DNA of 64,000 bases from Sphyrna mokarran (Eukaryota), in the NCBI GenBank assembly GCA_024679065.1, contig JAGIQG010000004.1, positions 50,220,001 to 50,284,000 on the forward strand, in the 5' to 3' direction. Shown piece by piece: positions 13,273 through 26,100 of this stretch. The number at the start of each line of letters is the position of its first letter. Positions within the stretch are counted from its first letter, which is position 1. The notes under the pieces are model-generated. The model did not search any database. It had not been told where the DNA came from and saw only the letters and a program-made list of their open reading frames with translations. Both the position numbers and the translations under genes were made by a program.

Positions 13273-13980
13273 CCTCCACCACTTGAATGGGCAGAGGATT
13301 CCAGAGATTCACCATCCTTTGAGAGAAGTTTCTTAACTCCATTCTAAACTGCCCCCTTCTTATTTTGAGGCTGTGCCCTCTAGTTCTGTTTTCCTTTCTA
13401 AGCAGAAAAAATCTCTCTACCTTTACCCTATCTAACCCCTTCATTATTTTCTAAGTCTCTATAAGATTCCCCTCTGCTTTCTAAACTGAGTACAGGCTCA
13501 GTCTATTCAATCTCTCCTCATAAGCTATCCCCCTCACCTCTTATCAGCCTGGTGAACCTTCTCTGTACTCCCTCCAAGGCCAATATCCCCTTTTTGCAAA
13601 TAAGGGGACCAAAACTGCACACAGTACTCCAGTTGCAGCCTCCCCAATGCCCTGTACAGTTGCAACAAGACCTCCCTGCTTTTATATTCTGTCCCCCTTC
13701 GCTATAAAGGCCAACAATCCATTTGCCTTCTTGATCACCTGCAGACTGGGTTTTTGTGATTTGTGCACAAGGACCCCCAGGTCCTTCTGCACTGCAGCTC
13801 TTCACCCTTTAAATAATTCCTCCTACTATTATTTCTACCAAAGTGGATAACCTCACATTAGCAAATGTTATACTCCATCTGCCAGGTCCTCATTCAGCCT
13901 ATCTAGATCTCTCTGCAGACTTTCCATGCAATTTGCTTTTCCACTCATCTTTGTGTCATCAACAAATTTTGTTAACCTAT
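13273..13980 (-). mobile_element. CR1-like LINE ORF2 C-terminal fragment, right piece
   Basis: ALEGVQRRFTRLI; TRGHSLKIR..FRMELRNFSQRMVNLWNPLP. Confidence 0.88.
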
Positions 13981-14322
13981 GCTCAGCCCTCTGCAGCTGT
14001 CAGTATATAGGTGACTCAAGGGCTCCTTCTCATATTCTACTGTTCCCTGGAGCTCTATGTTCCCTTCTCTCAAGATAGATAGGCAGCCCTAAGAATAGGA
14101 TCTGTGCAAGTATTGACAAGCTAAAAGACTGTAGGGTCAGTGAGAGAGATGGATATGACATGGCAATAAACTATCCAACATGGCTGCTCTGTAGAGGAAG
14201 GGATAGGTGCAAGGTTTGTTGGTCTGCAGAAGATTGGGGAATGAATGTGAGGGGTTTGCCTTTGCATGTGCCATGTCCACTGCCCACATGGTCTTTAAAA
14301 CTCTTGTTCCAATCTATCTTAG

Positions 14323-15903
14323 AGCAAGGCATTACCCTTTTGCAGCTGACCTCCTCAGCAACTTCCAGCTAATCCTGTTTGTTCCCTAATTTTATATTCT
14401 TCCTCAGATCTATGGGGAACAGAATCTCCCTGGGGAGCTTCCAGCACAAAGTAAGATGAATAGGACACACCTGAGAATTTTGACACAGTTTTCCCATATC
14501 TGTGAAGCTCTTAACTCTGCTCTGATACTTCCAGATTGTTTATATTCTCATCCTTACAAAGGCCTCTATAAATAATGGAACGATCTGCAATGGGTTGTTA
14601 TAAAGCCCACTCACTGTATTTGTTCCAGATACTCAGAATACAAAGGATGTGCCTGAATTAAAAAGCCACCCACAAACACACTGCTGAAACCTCCTGATTC
14701 CTGACCTGCTGTTAAACTCCTCCATTGTCAGCGGCTCTGATAGTCACCAAGGTCCAGAAAAATTCAAAAATCTTATTGCGTTTCTAAATCTGTTCACATG
14801 GCTTTGGGCCCTGGTTAAGTCACATGAATTGAGCTGTTGTACTGTGGTAATGATATACTACCCTATAACGTCCTTAAATGGAGGTTCCCCTCCTCTCTCC
14901 CTCTAATGGAAACCCAATGGGGTATCTGGGAGCCGTGCCAATCAAGGGCAAGATTCCTTCATAAAGAGAGGGTGGAAAAAGAAGATAGTTGAATGTAGAT
15001 CACTCCTGTTCATCCCACTGTGACCACCTTGAACTCTGCATGCCGAGGAGACTTCACACTGCAAGACTCAGGAATCACAGACGGAAACCTAAAACGTAAA
15101 AAAAGCTGAAGAAAATATGGGGCAACCATTTTGCTTTGCAAATCTTTTAGGTCCAGATGGGAGCGTTAAAGACTGTTGTGGTTTCCACTGCTCAGCGTGT
15201 GGTCTGACACTTTTGTTGGTTAGTACTGGTGTTGACATCTGCAATTACGTATATTTTGTACTGCATAACTTTAGATGCAAAGATACTGTGCTTCTCTCAA
15301 ACAAGTTGTGTCCTGTAAAGTCAATGAAGACATGACTGTATAATACAGTTACCACCATTAGGGTATGGCAAGAAACTATATCCGCCTCCCAAAATAAACC
15401 CGAAGCCTATTTTAATGAAAATATGCAGGAAGAGTTTGAAATTCTGCAGGGACCCGGTTTTACAGGGCTGGAGATTCGGTGGCTCCTAGACTAGCTTAGC
15501 ACCATTGCTCAAACATCTCATTAAAACTCTTGCACCAATGTATTCATGGGCAAGACATCACCTTCCTGTAGCTGACTCCTCTGCAACTTCCAGCTAACCC
15601 TGTTTGTTCGCTGAGATATCTTACTGTGTTTACCCCAGTCCAACGCCGGCATCACTACATTGTATTCTTACTTAGATCCATGGGGAACAAAATCTCCCTG
15701 AGTGCACTTTAGCTCCAAGCACAATAAACAGGGCACACCTGAGAATTTGATAGTTTCCCCACCTCTGTGAAGTTCTTAACTCTGTTCTGACACTTCTAGA
15801 TTGTTTCTATTCTTATCCTTACAACGGTCCCTTTAAATAATGAAGCTGAAATAGACTGAAGTGGGCCGTCATAAAGCTCACTCACTGTAATTGTTCCAGA
15901 ATC
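14323..15903. repeat. Local ~320-bp direct duplication (14323-14635 and 15550-15903)
   Basis: Colinear similarity; the second copy carries a ~50-bp Penelope terminal insert at ~15612-15660. Confidence 0.85.
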
Positions 15904-16539
15904 CAGGAAAAGAACTGGGGACCCTCAAAGTCACCACCTCGGCACTTCTGAATGTGATTATCAGTTTCTTGGCAGCAGTTATGCCTGGAGGTTACAGAAG
16001 TCAGTGAATGATGGAGTTGAGCGCCAGCCAGAGATTCAGACTGAAGCTTTGATGAGAGAACTCGCCTCTCGGTGGGATGGTCTAAGACGTCCTTCCAACA
16101 CTGTCCTTGAACACTGTAGTGATGCTAAACCTGTTCCAGCTTACATAATCTGTGGCTTTTTTCAATTCAGTGAACTCATGGGAAGTATATTCTACCAGAC
16201 AAATTGGTGAGTTTGCTTTTGCTGCCAAAATATACTTCATGCAAAAAAAACAAGAGAACATTACAAATATTTCAAAATGACCATCACAAAAAGTATAATG
16301 ATATTCAAGTTCTCTGCATAAGTCACAGACTTTTGTCCCTATATTGGTCCCTATATGGGAGTCTTCAACAATAGGCATAGCCTAAAGTCAAGAATATGTC
16401 TTGTTAGGACGGCGGCGCGGGCTCGTTGGGCCGAAGGGCCTGTTTCCCGTGCTGTGTTGCTCTTTGTTCTTTGTTTGACATTTCAATTTTTCCCAATAAA
16501 ATGCTTTATTCGTAAAATTTCTGAAAAGTTGATCACTGA

Positions 16540-16772
16540 ATGGACACTTTTTAGCACCTTCTCAGCCTTCTATATCCCTTTGTCCCATTCCACCTCCTCC
16601 CACCCTGATAATATAAATCTCCGCTAATTCTCTTTGCTCTTACCTCTGACGAAGGGTCATCTAGACTCGAAACATTGGCTCTATTCTCTCTCCACTGATG
16701 CTATCAGACCTTTTCCAGCATTTTATGTTTTTGTTGCAAATTCCAGCATTCGCAGTATTTTTGCTTTTATCT
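16540..16772 (+). mobile_element. Second Penelope-derived short repeat family with a minimal hammerhead motif
   Basis: CTGACGA-stem-GAAAC core followed by ctctccac..gatgct..cagacc..ttccagcatt; related copies at ~22495-22650 (-), ~31140-31230 (+), ~31950-32045 (-), ~40630-40710 (-) and ~47180-47235 (+). Confidence 0.65.
16641..16680 (+). ncRNA. Degenerate minimal type I hammerhead ribozyme
   Basis: CTGACGA (16646-16652), stem II GGGTC/GACTC, GAAAC (16669-16673); the stem III palindrome ACGT is mutated to ACAT. Confidence 0.5.
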
Positions 16773-16804
16773 TAATATTTATGAACAAGCCGCCTCTGTA
16801 GACG

Positions 16805-16960
16805 AGGCTGGGGCGGGGGTGCGGGGGCGAGTTTGGGATGGGAGAAGTGATTGAACCTCTGTTTAACGGCATTTATCTTTCGGGCAGATCTCGCCGTTTC
16901 TGTGTGTGTGGGGTGGGGTGTTGGGCGAGGCGCTCCATCTGCAAAGCGGCCAATAAACAG
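16805..16960 (+). promoter_or_regulatory. Putative promoter of the IgSF gene (GC boxes, CCAAT)
   Basis: GGGGCGGGG at ~16810-16818 and CCAAT at 16950-16954, in CpG-containing sequence 130-280 bp upstream of the ATG. Confidence 0.5.
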
Positions 16961-17085
16961 AGTCAGGCTCTGGGTACAAACCGCAGTTTGAAGCAGACTA
17001 TCGGTGAGGGGGGAGCTCTGAAGGGGCAGGACTCTCTGTCCTCAGCAACAACAGCAGCTGTACCGTTTAACTGCCAGTTCTCAAC

Positions 17086-17140
17086 ATGGGAAAGTGGATT
17101 CTCCTGCACGCTGTGCTCACGGCCGCAATCCTCCCTGCAG
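17086..17140 (+). CDS. Exon 1, signal peptide MGKWILLHAVLTAAILPA
   Basis: ATG in good context (caacATGG), hydrophobic leader, phase-1 donor CAG|gtgtgt. Confidence 0.85.
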
Positions 17141-20100
17141 GTGTGTGTCCCGGAAACTAAAGTGCAATATCTTCCCATTCAAGAACATTTGACAGTTTAA
17201 TTCTCTTTCAATGGCGCTCCCTCCCTGATCATTTGGGGATGTAAAAGGTTTCAGTGAGTCCTGAACTTGTGCAAAGTGTTGTAGTGTGAAATGTTAACTC
17301 TGACACTCTCACTCGATAGATTCTGCTCGCCTTGCTGAGTGTTTGCAGTGTATTCATTGCTGATACTCTTTTTCTCCCCACAGTTGCTGCGAATCCCACT
17401 TTCCGTGTGGGTCAACACCCAGAAGTGCTGAACACGAGCAGAGGCTCCAATGTGACTTTCTACTGTAGCTTCCCATTTGCCCGGGACATTTCCACTGTCC
17501 GGGTGAAATGGTGGAAAGAGGGCGAGCGGAGTTTCCTCCAGGCAAAACGTGATAGAAGATATCGATTTGAAATACGGAATAAAGCCAGCGCTGTCTTTAT
17601 GCTCCTGAATGTGGATGTCCCGGACTCCGGCCGCTATTACTGTAGAGTTAGCAACGAGGGCAAAGCGGACAATGGGACCGGCACAAGGCTGCTAGTTACC
17701 GGTGAGTGACTGACAACTGAAAGTATTTCCTGCAAAGTGAGAACAACCCTGGGAAATGTAACTGGAGCTCATCCCGCCACTGCAAGCCCAGTCTCAGTCC
17801 TTAGTGAGGTTACAGATTAGTCAGAGAGATAGATTAGGGTCAGCACAGCGATTCTAAACATTAACACTGAAATCATTGACCGGGGTCAGGAGTGCTCTCC
17901 CTGGTAGTGAGCTGGAGGCAGCTCCAATCAAGGCATTAAAGAGGATATTGAATAGAAACAAATGTGCAGGGATACGGGGACTATCGGCAATAATCCTGGA
18001 TTTTATTGGAATATTTGTTTGGGGACTGAGTACCCTGGAGCTGAAGAGTTTGCTTTCCTCTGGAAATCCTGCTGATGGAGGGTCGCTGTCTCAGAAATCC
18101 TCAGCCCCTAAGCTGCAACTTTCAATAGAAGAGACCGGTCAGGTTTCTGTCTTCTTCGCCTGTGTATCTCACCGCCAAAAATCTAAATTGGACAAAATAT
18201 ATTCAGACACAGAATGAGAATCCAGCAAAACTTAAGAGAGTAAACAAAACTGTGAGCTTTTCAGCATTTTTAAAATCTTTCGCCTGAAAATGACTGACAG
18301 GGATCTGGAATAAAATTCATCCCACTCATTAGCAGACGTTTTAACTCGTTTATTTCACGTCATAAATTTGCAATGACTCAAGGTTTGTTACAAGTTAACT
18401 TATTTGCAAGATTTCAAAGACACACTTGTTTATCAAATTTCTCCCTCGGTCATTTTCCTTTTGGTTGTTGTTGCATCTGTCAAAAACTTCATTTCTGAAC
18501 TGGATTAAATAACATTAAAATCGGAGCTATTGACAGACTATTAACTAAATTAATCTGGAAATAAAGTTGTATCATAGCAAGTAGAGAAGGAAAGTATTCA
18601 GTTTGACTGAGGAGAAAGATCCCGTTCTTTTTCCGAAAAGAAGTTCCAGGAATTAGTCTCATCCCGAGATCCAGCTGCTGATGTTCAAAATGAGTTTAGG
18701 ATGGTTTGGAAATCTCTCGGAAAGAAGGTAGTTCATCTTCAGATACATTCAGGAGTGAGACTGGATCCATCTTTCCGCTGTGTCTGTTTTACTTGGACAT
18801 TTGAAGCTGCTTTCTTCATCTCTGTCTCTGCTCACGGGGACAGCCTCACACCGAGAGACTCTTTCCCGTTTTTTCCCGGAATCTCTCGCCTCATTCTGTA
18901 AACCTAACCCTCTCTGTAGACTGTCACCTCAATAGAAATATGAAAGGTCCAAGATACGCAAAATATATTCCATGTAACTGACACATTCGAGGGTAGCATG
19001 GTGGGACAGTGGTTAGTACTGCTGCCTCATACTCCAGGGACCTAGGTCCAATTCCCAGCTTGGGTCTCTGTATGGAGTTTGCATGTTCTCCCCGTGTCTC
19101 CGTGGATTTCCTCCGGGTGTTCCGGTTTCCTCCCACAATCCAAAGATGTGCAGATTAGGCGGATTGGCCATGCTAAATTGCCCTTTATTGCCCCTTAGTG
19201 TCCCGGGCTGTGTATGTTAGAGGGATTAGCAGAGTAAAAATGTGAGGTTTCAGGGATGGGGTCTGGGTGGATTGTTGTCGGCGCAGATTCGATGGGCCAA
19301 ATGGCCTCCTTTGCACTATAGGGATTCTATGATTCTATGACACTATCTGGATATTAAAGGTTGATCCTTGTGTGTTAAGACTCACATCACGGCCAGAGAG
19401 ATGTCAGGATCCTGGCACTTTGAAATTATTAATGACTTTTCGATGTAGAATTTCATCAACAGTCAGTAGCAAGCAGAGGGAGTGAACTGAGTGTTGAGCG
19501 CCTTATAAAGAACAATCAGTTTGGACTTCGAACGTACCAGCAAAGTATTAACAGTAAAGGGGTTTATTATTAAACTAGGGAAGAGGTTGGTGACAATTTC
19601 AACTGTTGAATGACTGATACGAACGTATTTGCAAAATGTATTCAGTTTATTCATTTTATTCTGTGTGACACTTTAAGCCATTCAAGGCTTTGAAATCAAC
19701 AGGAGTGTTCTCAGAATGACTCAAATTCCCTCTGATATTTTAGTAATTTCCGTTAGCTTTCCACCTGCACGAAGAGGTGTTTCTATGTTCTCACAGGAGG
19801 GAGAAAACCAGAGCGAAAGAGAGAAATGAGGATTTTGAAGGCTAGAATGAGTTGCTGACCCAGTAGAGGTGTTGGAGGGAGAGTTGGAATTCGCATAGAG
19901 TGAATGGGCCACTGCTGATGGGATCAAACAACAGTGACCCAACTGTGAATATATCCGCTGAGCATTACCAAAATGGGATGGGGGCAATCAACGGACAGAT
20001 TTGAATATAAGGATGAGGATTTTGAATTTGATTGTTAGGAGGGAGGGGGGTGAGATCAAGGGAAATCGACACGCGCTGGGTGGGGGGAGGGGAGCGGGTT

Positions 20101-23100
20101 CCTTACTCTGGAATAGTTCATTTGGGAACTTTATTCCTCGAGGTGGTCACTGTTACCCAGGCTTTAGCAGAAGAGAGATAGAAAGGGGAGGATTGGAAGG
20201 GTAGAGTTTGAGCAGGGGACGTCGGGTAAAAGACTGGGCTTGCAATTGATTAGTAAAGCAAGTTTCATATTTCCAGGCAGCTTGGTTCTGTGAGGGGGGA
20301 GATGAAAAATGAAGATGTCTTTTACGGCGTTATTGATATTTAGTCCGGGGGCACTTTTGGTAGATTCCATATCTAAAGATTAGAAATATCAGCCGGAAAG
20401 ATGGAGACAGCTTTAGGATCCAGCGAAAAGCTGGAGAGTTAGGAGAGGGAGCATCTTCGGCTTCTATATTGAGGTTTGCCCAGACTCCAGCTGATATTCC
20501 AGAAGATTTGGATATAAATGAAGAACGAGATCTCAATCATTGAACACGGTACTCAGAGTGATACCCAGTCACTAAAAGCTGCTGATGACAATATCATCAC
20601 AGCTAACTTTGAGATACCGTGAGGACCTCAAAGTAGGGACACAGCTGACTGGGGCTATTGACATTAACAGTGTTAGGGAGATTGCTGCAGAAGCAGCAGT
20701 AATCTATTACAAGCAACTTTATTCATGACTTCCACTAGTACGGTCCATGTTATAGCAACCTGACAGGAGCGACCCAGACAAGGAGTGGGAGTAGATTTTT
20801 AACATGTGCGTCAGATCAGAATGGACAAGTTAGTGGTATTTGGAGAGAATGATAGGGCCAAAAAGACAACAAAAAAAAACTGCCTTGTCTTTAAGCTGTG
20901 GGAAACAGCTCCAGATAACTGTACCATGAATGTATTCACTCGGAACCAACAGCTTGATGTGGAGATTGGCTCATTGCGCTATACCCTCTATCAGAATGGG
21001 TTGCCGGGACTATGTCTATACCCCCGGATTCTTCTCCGCCTCAGCAACCCATCCTTTCCGAGTGTAACACGAAACTAATTACAACAATCGAGTTGGCCAT
21101 CATTCATTAGACCCGCTGCATGGGTACGCAAACTGTGCAATGCGTACCCACAAACGTTCAATATCAACTAATATTAAATGTTATCTGAAATACACAACCT
21201 AAGAGAGGAGTGGAAATAAACAGAAACAAAAGGTATATTCGACACAAAAAGCACTCTCCTTCTACACTATCATTACCCCAAATGACCGCACGTACCATCA
21301 CCGTTTCTTCTGAGTTTTATCTAGAAACGGTCACATTAATATACCAGATATGAGCTCCTGTATTATTCAGAGTTAAACATCACTTTTGGCCCTTCGCTTT
21401 TAGCAGCTTTGATGGATCGAGAGTTGTTCACTCAATCTAAAAATAATGGAATGCGTTTATTCGAGAAAAAAGGGAAGTGTTGTGGCTGGGGGCAGAATGA
21501 GAGGTTTCTCCATTCCCTTCGGAACTGGGTGAGGCCTAATCTTTCCACAGGGAATATCAGGAGGCCATTCAGTCCCGTGGAACCAGCCCATCCGATCATT
21601 GTTCGTCATTGACTTCATTTCACACACTCACCTTTGGCTAGCAAAGATCTTACCAATTACAGATTTAAAATGTAAAACTGGTGTAATGATTCCTTTGGAG
21701 ATTGAAATTTCCTTATTTCGCTTCTGAAATGTCTGGCTCGAATTTTTAGACTTTACCCCGAGTCCTAAAGCAACAGATCTAGTTTCCAGTTGTCGTCCCT
21801 AGCTCTTCCTCTGAATATTTTAAAATCATCCCCTTAATATTTTAAACTCAAGGGAATGCAACCCCAGTTACTGTGACTGATTGAAGTGCAAATATCATCC
21901 GGGTAAATCTCCACTCGCTTCAATGTATCCGTTCTCTAGTGTGTTCAGAATTGTTCAGTTACTTCCGATATGGTCTTTGCATTGCTGGCCTTTTAAATTA
22001 TGTTCCAAAGCAATTCATGACATTTTAATCGTTGGTGTACCTGGATACCGTCTCCCACCTCCCCCATCCCTCACTCCCACCCATCTGTCTCTTTCGAATC
22101 TCCACTGACCATTTACCATTTTCACCATTTACAATAAACTCTTTTTCTTGCCTCCAGGAATAGACCTCATATTTACCAATGTTGAAATCTATTTGGCACA
22201 GATTTACCCTTTCACCTGGAATTATGAAGAAACTATGTTCCTAGTTACGCTGTTCTCAATGTCTGTGAGTTAGGCAAATGCGGATAAGTGGCTTTGTATC
22301 GCACCATCGAAAGCGCCAACGAGTCAATTAAGTGACTAGTTGAGGCCTCAGCTCAGATCAAATCAGAGTAACTGCACATTGTCCCAGTCTCAGTCTCCAG
22401 TGCCTCGTGCGCTTTCAATAATCAGCCTTCAATTCGATGGATTTTAACCCTGCACAAAATTTGAACATTCCCACACAACAAATCTCGTTGGGATAATAGC
22501 AAATTACTGTGAATGCTGGCAAATGAAACAAAAACTGAAACATGCTGGAAAATCTCAGCAGGTCTGACAGCAACTGTGGAGAGGGAATGGAGCCAATGTT
22601 TCGAGTCTAGATCACTCTTGCTGTCAAACCCCCTGAGATTTTTCAGCAAATATTACTGGGTATTGTTCGTATTGATTTATAACCAAGTCTAGGCACTGAC
22701 AGTCCGATCAGTGAATTAACCCGAGTCATTCCAAAGGCTCTGCAATTATTTAGAATATAAATGTGTGCAGTGCAAATTCAAACCTCTGTCGCGCTCCAGT
22801 ATCTTTGTGAAGCGTTTAGCAGGGTCGGTCGATGTCAGAAATTGGATAAGACTCGGGCATTGAAACAAATACCGGCAACTGTGTTTGAGAATAGAAATTG
22901 CTTTTATTCTGGACGGGATTAGGAAACAAGGCGGGGAGCCTCCCACTGTCCCAGTTTCTAATTCCAGAGTCATTCTCCTGTCGTAACTTCGGCGGAAAGC
23001 CGGGAGAAATGGCTCTGACTTTGATCTCCTTCACAAGTAAACGCCAATATTACAAAGGTAACTGCAATCGGGAGAAAATAATTAAGGATCCCGATGTGAA

Positions 23101-26100
23101 TACGAGTGGGAGAGAAATAATTGAATACGAAAAAGATACATGTTTTCAGAGTGAAATGAAGCCAAGAGAACGATTAAAGGTGGGTTTGAATGAAATCTGA
23201 TGAATTTCCATCAGAATAATGTGACATTTCTCTCCTCCGCTCCCGAAGCTCCCCCCGCTTCTCCACAGATTGTCCCCACTCTCTTTGGAAAAGAATCGCC
23301 GGTTTTCCTCAGGCTCGCCTGTAACTCCGGCACATTTCACTCCAAGGAGCTGAGCTTCAAATGGTTTGTGAACGGCTCCGAGATTGTAAAGGGGATCCGC
23401 ACAGAGGCAAAGCCATCAGGACCGGGCGAACTCTTCCAGCTTTCCAGCTTTCTGGAGGAATCGCAGCCTGTGCAGAATGGGACAGTTTATACCTGCCGAG
23501 TCTCCTACCTGGACAGCCAGATGCAGACCCATTACACCTACATGTCCAGCCTGGCAGGTATGGTCACTCTAAGAGGTCGCGAATCTTGCATGTCTTGTTA
23601 ACTGATGTGATGGACAGCATTGAATTTTAGATTTCCTGGGGGGCACTGGGTGGGAAAATCTCCTGTTTTTATCGGGAGGGGAAATGATGAAGGACTGAAA
23701 TAATTCGATAATTTAGATTGGAATCCTAGATGATATTTTGGATGACTCCGCCTTAGTGACAATGAAAACGGCACTGACTTTATTATTCAGTGCAGGCTTT
23801 ACTAAATGGCCAGAACCGTCTATATGGAATGTCCTGGCTGAAAGGGTGGATGGGGGGAACAAGAATTTTATAAAGGCTATTGGATATCAATCCGAAAAAA
23901 AAGGGATTTGTAAGGAAGAGAGATTCAAATGGAAATAACTAGATTAGTCTTCCATAGGTAGGAGGGGCCAAGTGGCCGCCTCCCGTGTTGCACGTTTGCC
24001 CTATCAGTGGCATTTCCCTTTCCAAGTAGAAGCGGCAAGCTGAAATGTTCTGGGCGCATGTTTTTTAGCATTAGAGTGATCCAGTAACGTCCATTCCCCA
24101 CTTTGGGGCAAGAGCTGACTGAAAACATTGAAATAAGAGATGCTCACACCCGTTCACATTCGCAGCGCTGATGCCAGCCGGCAGAGTGATACAATAGAAC
24201 CTGCCCGTTTCATATTAACGCAAAAGATCACCAACCTAACAGTTAACTTCATTCGAAGTCACTCGGATGGCATTGACCTTCATTGATAAGAAAGTGTTAA
24301 CAGCGCATCCATATTCATTAGAGAGTGAAGAACCCAAAAAACAATGTCTAGTTTTTGCGACAATGTGACCTGGAATTGAACAAGCACGTGTATTAATATG
24401 GTACATGTTTCTGTTTAAAGTGCTTCAAGAAAAGAACTCTTTCTCCAAATGCTTTCTTGAAACCTTGAAACTTCTTCAAGGTAGCAATACTCTTATCCTT
24501 TGGGAAAACTCCTATAGTTGAGAAATTAAAATAGAAACTGTTCGATTTTAAATGGCATTGACACGTTTTAAAAGCAGAACTCAGGGAAGAGTGAGCTTTT
24601 ATGGTGAATGGGGGCACAATTAGAACGGGAGAGGAGTGAAACGAGAGAGGAGTAAATTAAAACATTTCTCCTTTACTCAATACCCCATTGTCATCCTGAC
24701 AATTTTAACAATACGTGCGTGTTTCTAACCAATATTATTTGCACCTACTATGTTTACTTACCAGGATGTGGTAACAGTCAGATTAAATCATACTGTGTAT
24801 CAGTGCTTGAATTAAGTGTTGAAAGATGCATATGTTGTATTGTTCACACATTTCCTGTGATGTAATATAACTATTACATTGAGTTAAAATATTTGCGCTT
24901 TGACATTTTGCAGAGCGAAAATCAGACATTATACCCTGGTGGATCTATATCTGTATCGGGAGTGGGGCTCTCCTCCTGCTCTTGATTATTACATCAATTA
25001 TATGTAAATTCTGTGTATGCAGAGGTAAGCATGCTGGAATTTGCAAAATGGTTTTGATTTCGAATTTTCAATATATTTGATTTTTAACACGTTACAGTAA
25101 ACTGAAGTGATATTGTAAGTGAATTATATTTGTCTGAAGTAACTGTTTTATGGATTTCAATAACATGTTTAGTGAACACTGAGAAAGTGTCTGTAAGCAT
25201 GGAGAAGTCTTCAGTGATAAATGTTATTGCATTTATTGTGCATCACTGGACAATCTCTTGTTAGGCATGACATCCACATGTGAATAGAATCCATTTTGTA
25301 GGATCTCACTAAATGCAAGAGAGGCAAACAGATGAATCACTGCCAGAGATACTTGCGCTATGTATTGCATCAAGTATCCTAACATGACATATTTCACAGT
25401 GCACTCCTATAGCCTAGTTCTGCCCCATGGTAAATATGACAGAAAAGAGTTGTATTTTAATTATTGCAAGCGCAGTATGTACGTTATCCTGGAGTCATGT
25501 TGTTTCCTTACAAATCTACAAGTAAAATTATGGTAACACTCCTTTATTTCAAATGCTTACATGTTAGATTTTCTCAAAAGCTTTTTAAAATAATAAATTC
25601 TGCATTTTATCAATAGCAAAGACCATAAAGTAACGACGTTATATAGGTTACATCGGGTTGGTTCCAATACATCCAAAGGCCATGGACCACATCAACTTGT
25701 AACCTAGATAAAGGATACTATTCAAATATTGGGCTCACTCCCATTCATCCTCACAATCTAGATATTGGAGATCATCTTACCTTCCTTCATAATCTTGAAT
25801 AAGAGACCAGCTTGTGATGTTGAAGCTAATTGGATCTATCGAGTAAAGTTAATAATTAACTAAATTTAATTAGATTAATTCATATTCAGGCTATTTGCTT
25901 TGAGGAATAGCTGGTATTGACTCTAATAATTATTACTGAGACTCATTTGATTGCCAATTGATATTAATCAGTTGTTCTGAGCTGATGTGTAGATTTTGTT
26001 TTCAAGTGAGGTGATGAGAAATGAATCATTAAAATGAATCAATGAACAATTATGTTAATAATTAGTGGACATCTGTTTTGAAAAATAAGAGCTCTATTAA

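Noticed and set aside
18990-19070. tRNA gene
   Set aside because: It is the tRNA-derived head of a SINE that continues into the V domain and tail.
17384-23557. Rearranging Ig light chain or TCR locus
   Set aside because: V and J-like sequence are fused in one exon with no heptamer/nonamer RSS. The TM lacks charged residues and there is a long tyrosine-motif tail.
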